The notes under the pieces were generated by a model. The model made no database searches. It had not been told where the DNA came from and worked only from the letters and a program-made list of their open reading frames with translations. DNA of 64,000 nucleotides, from the NCBI RefSeq assembly GCF_009914755.1, contig NC_060936.1. The stretch is one strand, 5' to 3'. This DNA comes from the human T2T-CHM13v2.0 reference genome, Homo sapiens. Both the position numbers and the translations under genes were made by a program. This document shows, in pieces, positions 1 through 64,000 of the stretch; position 1 is the stretch's first letter, and every line of letters begins with the position of its first letter.

Positions 1-602
1 AAGGCAGAGCACCTAGGGACAAGACACTGAAGTGGGACATGGGACTGGGAATTCCACCCCTCAGGGTACCTCTTTCATCCACTCTGACACAGAGATTACA
101 TAGTCAGGTCAGTGCGGTTTGTAATGGGAACAGGCTTCTGCCAGACAGGTTCTTCTTTCCTACCATGAACCATCTCTTGTTTCCTTTGAGTAGCAATTCA
201 TTTATTTGGAAGAAAGCGCTTCCTTTTCCAGGCATTCTCTTTGAAATTGCAGCTGCCTTTGAGAGGGGGCATGAGCAGAGAAGATTCTCTTGTGTGAATT
301 CGCTGATTAGAGGCTTTCCTTCCAAAAGAAGGGCCGGGGAGCATGGGAGCACTTTCCTGGTGGGAATAGAAGCCACTAAGAACGAGGAATGAGGCTAGAA
401 CAGGGCAAGGATGGACTGACCACCAGGAGAGGGAAGGACTGAAGTCAAAGCTCAGTTGTCTCCCTGGACAGCCTAGAGTTGTCTCAGATCTTTCAGGACA
501 AGTGCTGGGTCCTGAAACATCCTGCTCCCTCCCTGCCTCTCTCCTGTCCTTCCCTCTCACCTTCTTTTCCTCCTCCTTTAGCAAATATTTAAGTGCCTAC
601 TA

Positions 603-891
603 CAGGTTGAGCATCTCTTATCCGAAATTCTTGGGACCAAAAGTGTTTTGAGTTTCAGATTTTTTTAGATTTAAGCATATTTGCATATACATAATGAGAT
701 ATTTTGGGGATGGGACCCAATTCTAAACACAAAATTCATTTATGTTGCATATACACTTTATGCATGTGGCCTGAGGCACCTTTATACAGTATTTTAAATA
801 ACTTTGTGCATGAAACAAAGTTTGTGCACGTGAGTGGTGTCATTGTCGGCACTCAAAAGTGGAGCATTTCAGGCTAGGGATGCTCTATCTG
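603..891. mobile_element. Tigger4b/MER46-type non-autonomous DNA transposon
   Basis: TA|CAGGTTGAGCATC...GGGATGCTCTATCTG|TA terminal inverted repeats with TA TSD. Confidence 0.8.
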
Positions 892-948
892 TAATGCTTA
901 TCATGTTAGGCTTTGAGATAAGACCCAGGTCTTTTATTAAAGAGTCTT

Positions 949-1272
<324 letters not shown>

Positions 1273-1333
1273 AAAGAGTCTTATATACCAGAAGAAGAAA
1301 CCAGTAAAACAACCTTGTCTAACAAGCCTTTGC

Positions 1334-2481
<1,148 letters not shown>

Positions 2482-3301
2482 TTGACTCTCACTTTTGAAA
2501 GTGAGATGGTTGTCAGCTTGTGTTCAGTAATATGAATTTGCAATTGAGGCACTTCCCTGTGACATCATACAAAGAAGTAGTGTCAGGGAAGATGACACTT
2601 AGTGAAATTCTACTCCCTCCTGAGACACGCAGCAAATCCAAGATTGGCTCTGGAGCTGGTCCCAGCTCACTTTACGTTCTTGTAATGATGGCATGGACAC
2701 TGACACGCAGGGCAGGTTCTGTGGGACCGCCCCGCCCGATGACCCAGCCAGTGGGACTGGTCTTGAAGTTCCAGGGCTGGCACATTGTGGAAAGCCTAAT
2801 GTTTGTTGCCATGGAATTTCCTGGGGGAAGATGAGAAAAATTTGTAAAAAGTTAGAAAGGATACATAAACATCAATGACACAAAGAAAAACAAAAGTTCA
2901 GAGGTGGGAGAGACTAGTTCCAAAAGAGGGGATTATATTAGAATGTGGCTCCCAAATCTGCCTGCACAGAACTCACTTGGGGAAGCTTAAAATACAGGTT
3001 TCTGGGCTCTACTGCTAGGGAGGCTGGACTGTGTGATCTGTGCTTGGCACACTGCTCGGTAGGCACATAGATATGTTCAGTAAATGCGTTAAGAATGAAT
3101 GCATCTCCAAGGTCCACTGCAACTCAGTGATTCTGTGCATCCTTCCGGCTTGCGGAAGCAGGAGGCAGGTGTTGCCGGAAGAATCTTTGAGGCAAGAAGA
3201 AGAGCAGGATCACAGGACTGAGTAACTGGAAGGAACAGTTTGGCACCTTTGTAGTTATTTTGCATAAATGCCAGGTGCAGAGTAGGGGGCAGGGTGAGTA
3301 A

Positions 3302-3641
<340 letters not shown>

Positions 3642-4223
3642 TCTAATCAGCTTTTAAGCTGAACTCAGTTTCTATTGGAGAAGGGTGAGCTAGCTGAAAC
3701 ATGAGGATGGAGTTTGCTTTTTTTTTCTTCTGAGAAAACAAAAGAAGTGTGAGAACCCAAGTGCTTAGCTAGCTCAAAACACAGACTCACAAGACGGCAG
3801 AGGAGGGGCCCTGGGTCAGGACTTGAGACTGGAGCACCCCTCACCCGCCATCAGCCTGCCTGTGGCATGTCACCGCAGTGTTCAGATCCTATGGGTTTAT
3901 CTCTTAGTGATGACAAGCACAGCGGGAGACCCCAGGGAATCCCGACTCAAGTGTGGGCCTACGTGTGAATCTTAGTGGCCTCAGCCTACTTGTGAGCCCA
4001 GCATCTCCTGTCCCTTCTCTTGATTCCCACAATTGCTGTTTCCATAGACTGAAGCTCTCCCAGCGTAGTTTCCTTGATGCCTCCTTCTAGAGCCTATTCC
4101 ACTCTCTCAAGGGTCTCATGGAGAGAGTGCTGCTGCACTTATTATTGCCTTCTCCTCCCTTGCATTGCATGGAACCATTTATAGTTATCTGCTGTAATAT
4201 CTTTTGCTTTTAAACAATGGTAT

Positions 4224-4570
4224 ACTATGCAGCCATAAAAAATGATGAGTTCATGTCCTTTGTAGGGACATGGATGAAGCTGGAAACCATCATTCTCAGC
4301 AAACTATCACAAGGACAAAAAACCAAACACCGCATGTTCTCACTCACAGGTGGGAATTGAACAATGAGAACACATGGACACAGGAAGGGGAACATCACAC
4401 ACCGGGGACTGTTGTGGGGTGGGGGGAGCGGGGAGGGATAACATTAGGAGATATACCTAATGTAAATGATGAGTTAATGGGTGCAGCACACCAACATGGC
4501 AAATGTATACATATGTAACAAACCTGCACGTTGTGCACATGTACCCTAAAACTTAAAGTATAATAATAAT
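4224..4570 (+). mobile_element. 5'-truncated young L1PA 3' end
   Basis: L1 3'UTR with G-rich tract and ...cctaaaacttaaagtataat; TSD AATGGTAT at 4216-4223 and 4578-4585. Confidence 0.9.
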
Positions 4571-4718
4571 TTTTCAAAATGGTATTTTTAATGATAAAAG
4601 CAGTACATATTCATACAAAAAGTTTGGAAGATAAAGAAACTTCATAATTTAGTTCTGGCTGTTTAGAAGTCTTCTGAGAGCTGTGATGGTCACAAAAACG
4701 AGAACTGAAAAGAGCTTT

Positions 4719-4985
4719 AGCTGGGGGCATGATGGTTCACGCCTGTAATCCCAACACTGGGAGGCCAAGGCAGGAGGATTGCTTGAGCTCAGGAGTTTGA
4801 GACCAGCCTGGGAAAACAGCAAGATCCTGTCTCTACCAAAAATAAAAATAAAAATAAAAATTAGCTGGGCTTGGTGGCATGCACCTGTAGTCCCAGCTAC
4901 TTGGGAGGCTGAGGTGGGAGGATTGCTTGAGGCTGGGAGGTTGAGGCTGCAGCCTGGGTAACAGGGCAAGACACCTTCTCTAGAA
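4719..4985 (+). mobile_element. AluJ-like element, right arm partly deleted
   Basis: Alu left and right arm motifs. Confidence 0.85.
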
Positions 4986-5489
4986 ACAAGAAAAGAGCCT
5001 CGTTGGCTTTCACTGATGCCCTTTCTTCTGATCTCCTGTCCCCTCTAGAGGCAGGGCCCAGGTCTTAGACTGCACAGGAAGCACCCCCCTGCTCTGGACC
5101 CCTGTGAATAAAATCTTTTGTTACATAGGAGATTCTAGATTTAGATACAGAGCTCAGGACTACTAAGGAGATTCCTGTTTTATTGGCTTAGATATAACAA
5201 TGTCATGAAAGCTCACTTTCTTCAAAAAAAATCCTGTCTTGCAGCTGTGAATACGGGAGAGCACACCCGCTTCCTTTTGCCTCCCAGCGATCCCTTGGTC
5301 GAATTAAGTGTTTTTATGGGGCACTGTGTGCCTCTTGGGGAAGCTGCTGAAAGACAGCCAACAATCAGCAAGTTCATAAACTTGTGTGACCTGTGGGTAT
5401 TTGAGAATGGAGTACAAGTGTGCAGAGATGTAGAGGCCACCAGTCCTCGGGGTCACTTGGTCACCTGGGGCTGCTAAACTCCTGGGCTG

Positions 5490-5492
<3 letters not shown>

Positions 5493-5531
<39 letters not shown>

Positions 5532-5547
5532 GACACACACACACACC
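5493..5547. repeat. (CA)n microsatellite
   Basis: Seen directly. Confidence 0.95.
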
Positions 5548-6849
5548 CCTTTGCTCTGTCAGCTAAGCTCTGAGTCCATGGTTTTCCTGTTCATGGGAAA
5601 TGAGCAAAGATCGCTCTCTCCATTTTGCAAATAAGGAAAATGAACTCTAGCAGACAACTTTGGCATGTGCAAAGCACTTTACACATATTAACTCCCTTAA
5701 TCCTCACAGTGTTTTGAGGTTGGTACTAATATTATCACCACATTACATGAAGATAGGCTAATAACTTGCCCAGGTTCAAACAATCAGTAGTGGAACCAGG
5801 AATCAAAATGAAAGAGTGTGATTTTAGAGTCCATACCCATGAGCATTATTTTATCACATTGCTGCTGATGGGGTCTTTCTGAAATACTGCTTTGCACATG
5901 TAACTGCCAGCTATACAAATTGCTAGTGGTTCACTGTTGCCCACGGGATAAAGACCAAGCGTCTTAGTCTTTCAGTGCTTTCCATGCCCTGTGGTCAACC
6001 CCCTGTTCCTGCTTACCCAGCATGAGCAGGGAAGAGCCCTGGAGCGTGCCTGGGTGGTGTTGTTTCACTGAGCAAGCATGCTCTCTACCCGTCCTCTCGG
6101 TTAAAGCCCAGACCAAGCCTCACCCATTCAGAAGAGCGCCCCCTCTACCACCATCCTCCTGGGCCGATTGCATTCACAGTGATCTTTTCCTTCTTTGTTG
6201 ATACTCACTGTTCATGCCCTTTGTTTCGTATTTAGTTTGGGCTGTATTCTGTTAATGTACCTTTCATTTATCTGTCCAGTCTCCCTACCGCATCCTCAAT
6301 GTCAGCCTGTTATTGACGATGCTAATGAATATTCATCCCCACAAACCTACTTGATGAGAAATTGAGACTCTGAGATTTGCAATTGCAATATTTGCTCAGA
6401 TACCATTTTCCATTCAATAGTGGAATCCTAAATATAGCACATTAGCGAATTAACGTGGTCTGAGACCATGCCCCATGTTCTATGCAACCCTCTCTCCCTC
6501 AGACTACCTCCCTATTGCAGGAGGTCAAGATTGACTGTCCCAAATAGTCCTCATCATTACTGTGCTGTGCAGGACTTAGCTGTGCTGGATGATATTAAGT
6601 GTTGTACCCAGTTGTTATTTCAGTGTGGCCAAATGTTTACAGAAGTGGGTCTGATACCAGCTGTGTGTCAGCTTTGGATAAACATCCTTCAACTCCATAG
6701 GGGAGGTCTGGAAGAAGGAGGAACCCTGGTTTGGCTTCAAAGACCAGAACTTCGATTCAAGCTCTAGCCTGTTGTTTGCTAAACTTCAGTCATTTGAGGG
6801 CCAGCTTTACAGTTTTTGCCATGCCTACGCCTACATAGTCCTCACACTC

Positions 6850-7036
<187 letters not shown>

Positions 7037-7735
7037 TAACTTAAATTTTAATCTCATCCTACATAATAACAACCACAACGTTACAAGTTCAATGTGCTTG
7101 TTACAGTTTTTCAAATGGATATTACAGTAAATCCATACCCATTAGATAGCTCTTTATCTGCGTACTGTACACATTACGTCCTCTTCCTCTGCGGGGTGCT
7201 TGCCGCCCTCTGGGACACACTGCTCTAGTATTTTGGTCTTCTTCTCCTCACCCTTCTAGGCGTGAAGTCTCTTCTGATCAGGGCACTGGTGTCCAGGCTG
7301 GGTGCCTGTGTTCCACTGGGTGGGTTCCACTATGCCACCTTCAGAGCCACACTCAGGGAGAAAAGACTTCCAGGCAAGGCAATGGCCATTTTCTTTTCTA
7401 AAGAGCAAGAGCAGCTCAGCTGTTACTCCTTACCGTAAGCAGGGTCTCTAGTTAAGATTTTGTTGGAAGAAAAGGCCATATTGATTTTTTTTAAAGCATG
7501 AAAACCATAGGCCAAGCCCATCCAGGATGAACACTTTGGGAAAGATCATTTGTTTGGATAATCATCCATTCATACATTCATTGAGTACTTATTGGAGCCT
7601 CTCTTGGCTCTTCCCAGCTTAGGGGTCAGGAGAGCTGGCCTCAAGCATAGTTTGTTTATTGTAATGTAACAAAAATATACAGTGTGGGATAAAGCCATGC
7701 CAAGCATTGTTCCTATTTTCTTCCACTTGATCCAG

Positions 7736-32570
<24,835 letters not shown>

Positions 32571-32661
32571 CCTTTGCTGAGGGTATGTCCTGCTCCTTTC
32601 CACCAGTGATTTGTATTAAGACAGCACTTATATTGTACAATACTTCAGACTGTTTTTTTTA

Positions 32662-32671
32662 AATACATAAA
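32662..32671 (+). terminator. DYRK4: Probable DYRK4 polyadenylation signal (overlapping variants AATACA/CATAAA)
   Basis: About 90 nt after the stop, with two upstream TGTA motifs; no AATAAA nearby. Confidence 0.5.
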
Positions 32672-34334
32672 ACTTTATGTTAAAAAACTCTATTAACATG
32701 GCCAATTGGCATGACTCCTCTTATGAGGGATGGGGGAGGATGTCCTTGCACTTAAACTCATTCCATATGCATCTGTGTGTGTAGAGGGGGCGGGTAGTTT
32801 TGAACTCTCAGTGTTACAGCATCATTAATGGAACTCCAAACAAAAGAAATTTTTTTTCTTCTTGCCCATGACTGCCAACCTATGTCAGGATTTTTGTTTG
32901 AAAATGATAGAAGCTGAATTCAAAAGCAGTTTAAACAACGGAAGACACTTATTGACTTACATAATTGGGGCATCAGAAAAGGTAGATGTAGTTTCAGGCG
33001 CAGCAGGATCCAGGAATTCAAATGAGGTTGTAGGGCTCAGACTCCCTCTTCATCTATTAGCCTTGCTTCTCACTATGGTTAACTTCATCCTGATGTCAGG
33101 CCCTGCTCAGAAGTTAACCGCCAACATCCAGTCAAAAAGATACAGGCTTCCTTGCTAACAGGGAGTCTCCAAAATGATTGTGACACAGAAATTGTGACTG
33201 GGATACTGGGATGCTTGGCCAGTCTGGGCCCCAAGCCCACAGTGATGGTGAAGGCACTGTGACTGATGCTTCTCTAGACTAGAGCAAGGGATGGAACGTT
33301 TCCCAAAGGAAGGGAAGCTTAGTAAACAAGCAGGACATGTTCACTCATCTACCATACGCCAAATCTAAGTATGTCTTCTTACTTCCCTTTCTAATCCTCA
33401 TCTACACAAATACATAATTTTTATGTGGTTGTCATAGGACAGATAGAATTTTACGTGAAACTTAAGATCATAACATCAGAAACAACATAGAGTATATAAA
33501 AATAGTTTTCTTTTTTGCTTGCCATTTGGAATAACCTCCCCCCAGTACAGTTTTCATTTTAATTGTTGCATAATATTTTATGAAGGGGGACACCAGGTCA
33601 TTGAAGCAATGGATTTGGATGTAATCTCCCAGGAAAAATCTTGAGTTAGAATAGCAGAGGGTTGAGAGAAAGTCCCAGGAAAGACAAATATATAAGGAGT
33701 TGCCAGAGTTGAGGAGGTCCTCCAAGAGACCCAGAGATACAGAAAGAAAATTAGAAGCCAATGGAGAAGTTTCTAGACAGAAAGAGGAGTCAAGATAGAA
33801 AATTCCACAGAAAATCCAGGGTAAGAACAGAAAATATTTCTTAAGTGGGGTGATATGGACATTAAGTCAGAGCAGTGTTAGAACAGGTAACTTATCCCAG
33901 TTTCTATAGCCAGAAAGCCACAAAACCAGCAATAGAACTCAGATCCTTGGGAACATTCTTGAAACGATCTTCAACCATGGATGAAGTTGGAGGTGGACAC
34001 TGTTCTGCAGCTCTACAGAGAATAAGAAGCCAGGTCTTCAACATTGTAATCAGGATGATTTTGATTGAATAATTCAAAAGTATCTTCTGATTTTCATGGT
34101 TATAAAAGGTTAAAATGAATTCTTGATAAACTGTGGCTTATTTTAAGAGAATAGTTTAAATAAGGAAGCTGCAAATTGTGACACAGACAGGGGACAGGCT
34201 GAGTGACCTTCAGCAGGGCCTCTCAGTCCAGCTCTGTTGTACCTCTACCATTCATCTGGTTATTTTTTTCACTCCTGGGATTTCTTTACCTGATTGTCCC
34301 ATTGGATCCCAAGGAAACAAAACATGTGGAGCCC

Positions 34335-34354
34335 TTTAATTGTAATTTTTTAAT
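34335..34354 (-). terminator. AKAP3: AKAP3 polyA signals (two ATTAAA) with downstream GU/U-rich element
   Basis: tttaat at 34335-34340 and 34349-34354; downstream on - strand catgttttgtttcc. Confidence 0.65.
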
Positions 34355-34555
34355 TTTACGTCCTTGCTTGCATGGACAGGAAAATCTGCAAAATCCAGTG
34401 GCTAGCACAAGATGACATGTCTTTGATGAGAGTGGTGTGAAGATAATGTTAGGGCTCTGTGAGGATATAGAGGGGGAGATGTGGAAGTGAGAAAGAAGGG
34501 CGGGGATAAGGGCCGGCCCCACTGCCAGAAGAGGGGAAAGCAGTGGGGTTGCCGA

Positions 34556-57061
<22,506 letters not shown>

Positions 57062-58217
57062 TCATCACAAGGGCAGATTTTATGAAAGTAAGAAGAAATG
57101 TGGTAAAGGGCTAAAGCACGGGAAAGATGAACAATGCCTTCAATAGAGACCTTCCCCAACAGCCACTTCAGAACCACTCCACCCTGAATAGCTTCATCCT
57201 CAGCTCTCAATGGAAGGAATATTTCTTAAACATATTTGTAACTCTAAGGAAGAAGCTGGTGCCTGGTATCTGCGACAGGTGCTTAACACATCTTTGTTAA
57301 ATGAATGAACCTAGGCAGCCATGTCCCGCCCCTTTATGTCCTTGCTTGACGACCCTCCCCCTGCACTCACAGGATTTTCAGTAGACACTCAAAACTCAAG
57401 GTGACCAAAATAGAATTAATTTACTGCTCCTTTGTCTGTTCTTGCCCCACCAACTTAGCTTTTAAGTAATTGTTTCATTTTTAATTAATTTCTAAAGCTG
57501 TTACTTACTCATACCAGCAGTAAGTCTGGTAGCTCTTTCTTAAGACCAATCCCTCCTCATTAGCCAAGGATCCTGGGGGAATTCTCAGCCTCTATGGTTC
57601 AGCTAAATTTCTGAGTATCAGTCAGGACAAAAGAGATGTCATGTGCGCCATTCAAAAGGCCTTTGTCTATGGACGCAGTGATTTCCTTGTTGATGTGAAT
57701 TCGTTCACAACCTTCCCAATACTTTGCTCTATTCCCTAATCTCAGTAATGGCACCACCATTTACCTGGTCTTCTAAGCCAGAAAACTGAGATTCATTTTA
57801 ATTGTCTTCTTCCACCCCAAGCTTCCCTCTAGCTACTATTTCTCTCTTTTTCCATTTGCAGTCATTTTTCTTAAACATATTGCTTATACCTGCTGCTTTC
57901 ATTGATTCTCCTCGCAAATGAGTATTATATGTACATACCTATTATATGTACTCCTTTGGGCTTTGGCCTTAGTCTCACACACTTTCCACAACACCGAATC
58001 TTACTTGCTAGTCTTTGAAAACATGGCCAACTCTCATGATGACTGAGAGTTATCCACTGATCATCTAAAAGTATGAGAACCTTCTCTTTGCCCTCTTTTT
58101 CTATGCCAGACTTCCATTCCCAGGCTTTCACACTGAAGTTTCCCTTCTTATATTCTTTGCTCAGCTCACCCCTCCTTCCCTCTTCATCCCTTAGGCTCGG
58201 TTGGCGTTAAAAAATTT

Positions 58218-59002
<785 letters not shown>

Positions 59003-59895
59003 TGGCGTTAAAAAATTTAAAAACAAACAAAAAAAACTCTGCTCAGATCTATACTTCTCAATTATCAAGGTGGAATAAGATAGCCCATTTCTCCTCCCCA
59101 ATGCCTCAGACATCTTTATGAAATAGAATATCTCTGTGCTTTGATTCCAACAAAATACTGGTTTAAAATACTGTTATAATCAAGCTCAACAGCTTATCCT
59201 AATTTTTTATAGTGAAATTGTGTTTTATGAAGAATTGCTTGAAATAAGTGAAGCAGTATTAAGCCATGAACATCTGGTTAACTGGAAATATTTGTTTTAA
59301 AGGACTTTGGACTGTGGTGAGGGTAGACGTCCTTCCTCAAAATAAAACCAACACAGATTAAAGAAAGATTAAATACATCATTGAAACTTATATAAGTGGA
59401 TATGTCATTTTTGTTATACAGGGTGTTTTAGATAATCATTACAAAGAAAATACAAGATCTTTTAAGAGCTACTTATTCTTTGCTCCTACAAGGATTTGTA
59501 CTCATTTTCACACAGGAATCACTAACTCAGATTACTGAGCTAAGGAAGCAGTTTATTTTAATCTTCCAGGCACTCAAATACAATGGATTCCTTAGGTAAA
59601 CAATGAGTTCTCCATCCTAATTAGACATGAGCATCACCAAGAGAACTGTGTAAAGATACTGAATCCAAGTTACTACCCCCCGAAAATCTTATTTCAATGG
59701 TTTTGGGTTGGGGAAACTTAGGCATTCTTAACATTCTTAAATGCTCCCTGAGTGATTCTAAAACACATCAAGAATTGAGAATTCCTAGACCAGGGCTTAT
59801 CTGGACAGACTCTGTGAAAAAGACTGGGTAGGTCCAGAAAGATAATTATTTACCCATTTCTTTAAAAATTTTCTCTGAGACAGATTTTCTAACTT

Positions 59896-59897
<2 letters not shown>

Positions 59898-59928
<31 letters not shown>

Positions 59929-60334
59929 GTGACAAAGTCTCACTCTGTTGGCCAGGTTGGAGTGTACAGGCGCGATCTCGGCTCACTGCAACATCTGCCT
60001 CCCAGGATGCTCACCGCAACCTCCGCCTTCCCAGGGAGTATCTAATTCCTTTAGATATTCCAGCCCTGCTAACATCCTGGAAGCTGTGAAGTTTTCCCAT
60101 GGCCAATGGCCAATAGAAGGATTGGATTAAAATGTTCCTCAAAAATGTTCATGTGATGATTACCTGCCTCAGCCTCCCAAGTAGTTGGGACTACACCAGG
60201 CGCTCCACATCTGGCTAATTTTTGTATTTTTAGTAGGGACAGGGTTTCACCATGTTGGCCAGGCTGGTCTCGAACTCCTGACCTCAAGTGATCCGCCAGC
60301 CTTGGCCTGCAGGTGTGGGCCACTGCACCCGGCC
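59898..60334 (-). mobile_element. AluS interrupted by a 119-bp copy of 62425-62536
   Basis: Long polyT; Alu breaks near 60035 and resumes at 60163 (cctgcctcagcc). Confidence 0.9.
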
Positions 60335-60736
60335 AGATTTCCTAATTTTCTTTGGTATCTTATGTTAATGTTTTGTTATCTTAACAAGGAAGTTGTTAAT
60401 GCCTTGAAGTTAAACTCTATAATGTCCTCTGCATAAACATACACACATAGAAATGTTCTTATGCTTGCATCGTTACTATAAAGAAAACAATGAATGCTAC
60501 TATTATTTGGCCAAAGAATTGGAAGACTTGGAAGCAGTTTGTCCTAGATTATTGATAGTACAAGTGAGAGCCAGAAACACAATCTCTTAATCTTCTGTGT
60601 ATATTTCATCCAAATGAGTTACTCCTAGTAGAAAATTGTGACAAAATCAATAGGATCTATTGCTTTATTCAAGCTATATAAAATTAAAATGCTGACAATT
60701 ATGTACAAAAAGTACAGAAATTATGTGATCACTTAC

Positions 60737-60842
60737 TCTTACAGAGGATAGGTTCTGAGATATGAGGAAAGCTCTTGATTAATTTATTGTTGTCTTCACT
60801 ATCCCTCAGTTTACCCCCCTCCTGCCATGTAATATAAGGAAT
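60737..60842 (-). other. AKAP3: AKAP3 5'UTR exon (106 nt)
   Basis: Acceptor tctttccattgcag|, donor AGA|gtaagt; joining gives ...ctgtaaga|ATG, as I recall the AKAP3 mRNA. Confidence 0.8.
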
Positions 60843-63467
60843 CTGCAATGGAAAGACACAGATAAAAATGACTAATTTTACAGATGGAACGTATTGCTCT
60901 TATTACCCAATAATGTTTTTGACTTATTATTTTTCACATGTGCATTTAAGTAATGAGCTCAAAATGACATTCAAATTTCATGAGCACACATCTTATTCTT
61001 GATGCAGTCTAGCAGTTCCAAGATGACAAAAAGGTTGCACTTTTGGGCCAATGATTTCTTAAATGACTATTGTTATTCCTCACTTTCAAATCATTGCTAT
61101 ACAGTCTTTTTAAACAACGAAGACCCTAAAAATTTTTAGCTTAATTTTAAATTTGCTTGAATAGGAAGTTGGAAGAAAAATAGCTGGAATGAAGAATAAG
61201 CACCCTGAATTTATGGAACTCAAAACACTTTGCAAGCATCTTTGAGGACTTGAGAGAAATACACACCCTCAAGTTATAAAGGGAGTTCATAGATATCTTC
61301 CAGATTAATTAACTTCCTTGTTTTAGTTCTACTAAGACATTTCAGTGGAAGACATTAGGGCACTGTACTCTCTTCTTGAATATCCACCCAGCCCCCCAGT
61401 AATGGCTCTCTAAATTCTACCCTTACTTTTTAGCCCAGGTCAAGGGCTACCCCATCCATGAAATATTTTCTAGATACCTAATGAATGTGATTGCTCCCTC
61501 ATTGAAGTTTCCATCATATTTTGTTTCAACGTGTACATTCTATCTAGTAGTTTAATTGCTCCCATGTATTTCATTTTCTTTACTGGATGACTTCATAAGG
61601 GGAGAGGCATTTTCCTATTCATCTTGGTATGCCTTATAGTAGCTAGTATCTTAAAATTGGAGCTCAATAATTATCTGCTGGAAGAATGAATATGCACCAC
61701 CTGCCCATTTTCAGATAGTTCATTTTTCCTTTTGGATTGGAGAATCCAAGGACAAAAAAACAGACGGCTTGCTCAAATTTACTATGGCGGTTACTATGGC
61801 GGTAATCCATATATTCAAGACGCCTTGAAGCTTGACTCCTTTGGGAGATACGTTCACCGCACAGACTTACTCAGTGATTTACTAACAGACCTTCCTATTC
61901 CACTAGTACAAATAAATCAACATCTTAAAAGTGCTTTTGTATTTTTTTCATGAAAGCATAACTACTAGTCAAATATATTCAGCAAACACTTCACTTAAAT
62001 ATATTCTAATGTTTTAATTCTATTTTCTAGGTCCTATGAGTGGGTTTATCTGCATCATGAAGCTTGTTTTGGACTTTTAAAACTTCCTGTCTGTCCTAGA
62101 TGACAGCATCTATAAAGAGGTACTTTAAAACTTATTAATGATAATGACATTCAGATTTCTAAATCAATGTTTCTCATAATAAAAGTGGAAAAGAAGGAAG
62201 ATCTAAAGAGTTTAATGAAGTCAGTGAATGGATTCATAAATTGCTATAAGTTTAAAAGCTGGTAAATAATATCCTGGAGTTAGGGTAGAAAAAAAAAAGA
62301 GAAAATGATACTTTGTGTTATCTATTAAAGATAAATGGACCTCAGAAACCATGTTTTCTAATACTCTCAGCTTATAGATTAGGATATTGAGGCTCAGAAA
62401 GGAAATACTAGAATCAGCAGATATATTCCTTTAGATATTCCAGCCCTGATAACATTCTGGCAGCTGTGAAATTTTCCCATGGCAAGTAGAAGGATTGGAC
62501 TAAAATGTTTCTCAAAAATGTCAATGTGATGATTACTTCAAGTTGAGGAGGAGTGCAAACCTGAATGCCAGTCATGAAAGGCATAAGCAACATAGGGGCT
62601 TGGTTATGGTCGTTATATCCTAGACCATAGCTCTATCTCAAGGCAGTTTTCTCCTGTATCCATTTTAAGTGAGAGGCTCCTGTTTACCCAAGGTTCCTAA
62701 ACTCATGTAAAAACTCAGATTGCAGAAGCGAAAGCATAAGCAAAGTTCTTGCAGGGTTGCTAAGTACTTGATCGAGTTTTGAGGTTCATTCAACCAGGTT
62801 TTATTACTAGTTTTGAGAGGGAACAGTATGTTTCTCATATCCGTTTTCTTTTACTGCCTTCCTTTCTGTAAGTGCCTGCTACATCGTAGAAGCTCAATAA
62901 ACTTGGTTGCTGATTAAATAAGAATTTCAATCGATTTTCTTTAAATAAAGATTTGTGTGTGTGTGTGTCTCAATGGCACCATTCATTGTTAAGCTTTCCG
63001 GTGGAAAGTCTTTATTTTTACCTTCCCTAAGTAAGAGCTTCTTCTTCTAGTCCCTGTTAGTATAGATACTTTCACCACATAGCTATAGATATCCTGCCCT
63101 TTCCCAGTTCTGTTGTCTAACCAAGACTTCAGAAATAACAGTGAGAAGATAAAAGTGTATGAGAATTGGACTCGGGGTTATACCAGTTCTATTTTGCTCT
63201 TGGGGCACTGGAAAGAAAATAAATTTAGGAATGGCCACACAATGACTAGGAAAAGTCAGTAGGTAGTCAAGCTTCTACTCTATCAAATGGGGAAGCAGGA
63301 AGTAAGGCCCCTCATGTCTCCAAAAGGATAGCTGAGGAGATCTTGTCAAATCTGTAACCAAATCACAATGTCAGCAGCAAAGATGGTAGGTTTGACTTTA
63401 AAGCTGCTGAAGGAGAGGTTCACTTATTTCCAGAGGACTCACAGGTAAAATTAAAATTGGCTGAGCA

Positions 63468-63786
<319 letters not shown>

Positions 63787-63892
63787 CTAGGTTGAACATA
63801 ACAATTTTCCTATCACTTGTCATTGAATTCTCCCTTCCAACCACAGAGGATCAGAAAATGGGCTGTTTTATCAGTCCAGTAAGATTACCTAC

Positions 63893-64000
63893 CTCTGTAG
63901 TACTGGAATAGTGAACCACGGAAGACTCCAGAATATACTTTTAAAGTCAATGAAGATGCTGGGATGTTCTTGCTCAGCTCAAGATCTTGTTTCTTCCTGT
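63893..64000 (-). other. AKAP3: AKAP3 upstream 5'UTR exon, runs off the window
   Basis: Donor CAGAG|gtaggt; unique sequence resembling the AKAP3 mRNA leader as I recall it. Confidence 0.7.

Overview
Primate (human or great-ape-like) genomic DNA from the DYRK4-AKAP3 locus. On the + strand are 13 coding exons of the kinase gene DYRK4 (7736-32570). The exons from the ATG at 9980 join into a 520-aa ORF; two further in-frame upstream exons belong to a longer N-terminal isoform whose first exons lie left of the window. On the - strand, convergent and about 1.6 kb beyond the DYRK4 3' end, is AKAP3: three coding exons giving 853 aa, plus two probable 5'UTR exons. The introns hold two TSD-flanked retrocopies, CCDC181-derived (20579-22481) and RAB5A-derived (52801-55207), plus many Alu, L1, MIR, L2, Tigger, MER and LTR remnants. 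I see no wholly new biological system. The best leads: (i) both retrocopies look copied from non-canonical mRNA isoforms (a 170-nt stop-containing cassette in the RAB5A copy; read-through past a splice donor to a new polyA site in the CCDC181 copy); (ii) three short locally templated duplications, two inside Alus at nearly the same Alu position and one bracketing a DYRK4 exon; (iii) isoform-control features (MIR-derived donor, NAGNAG acceptor, AKAP3 uORF). Gene and repeat names come from recognition by eye, not from database searches.
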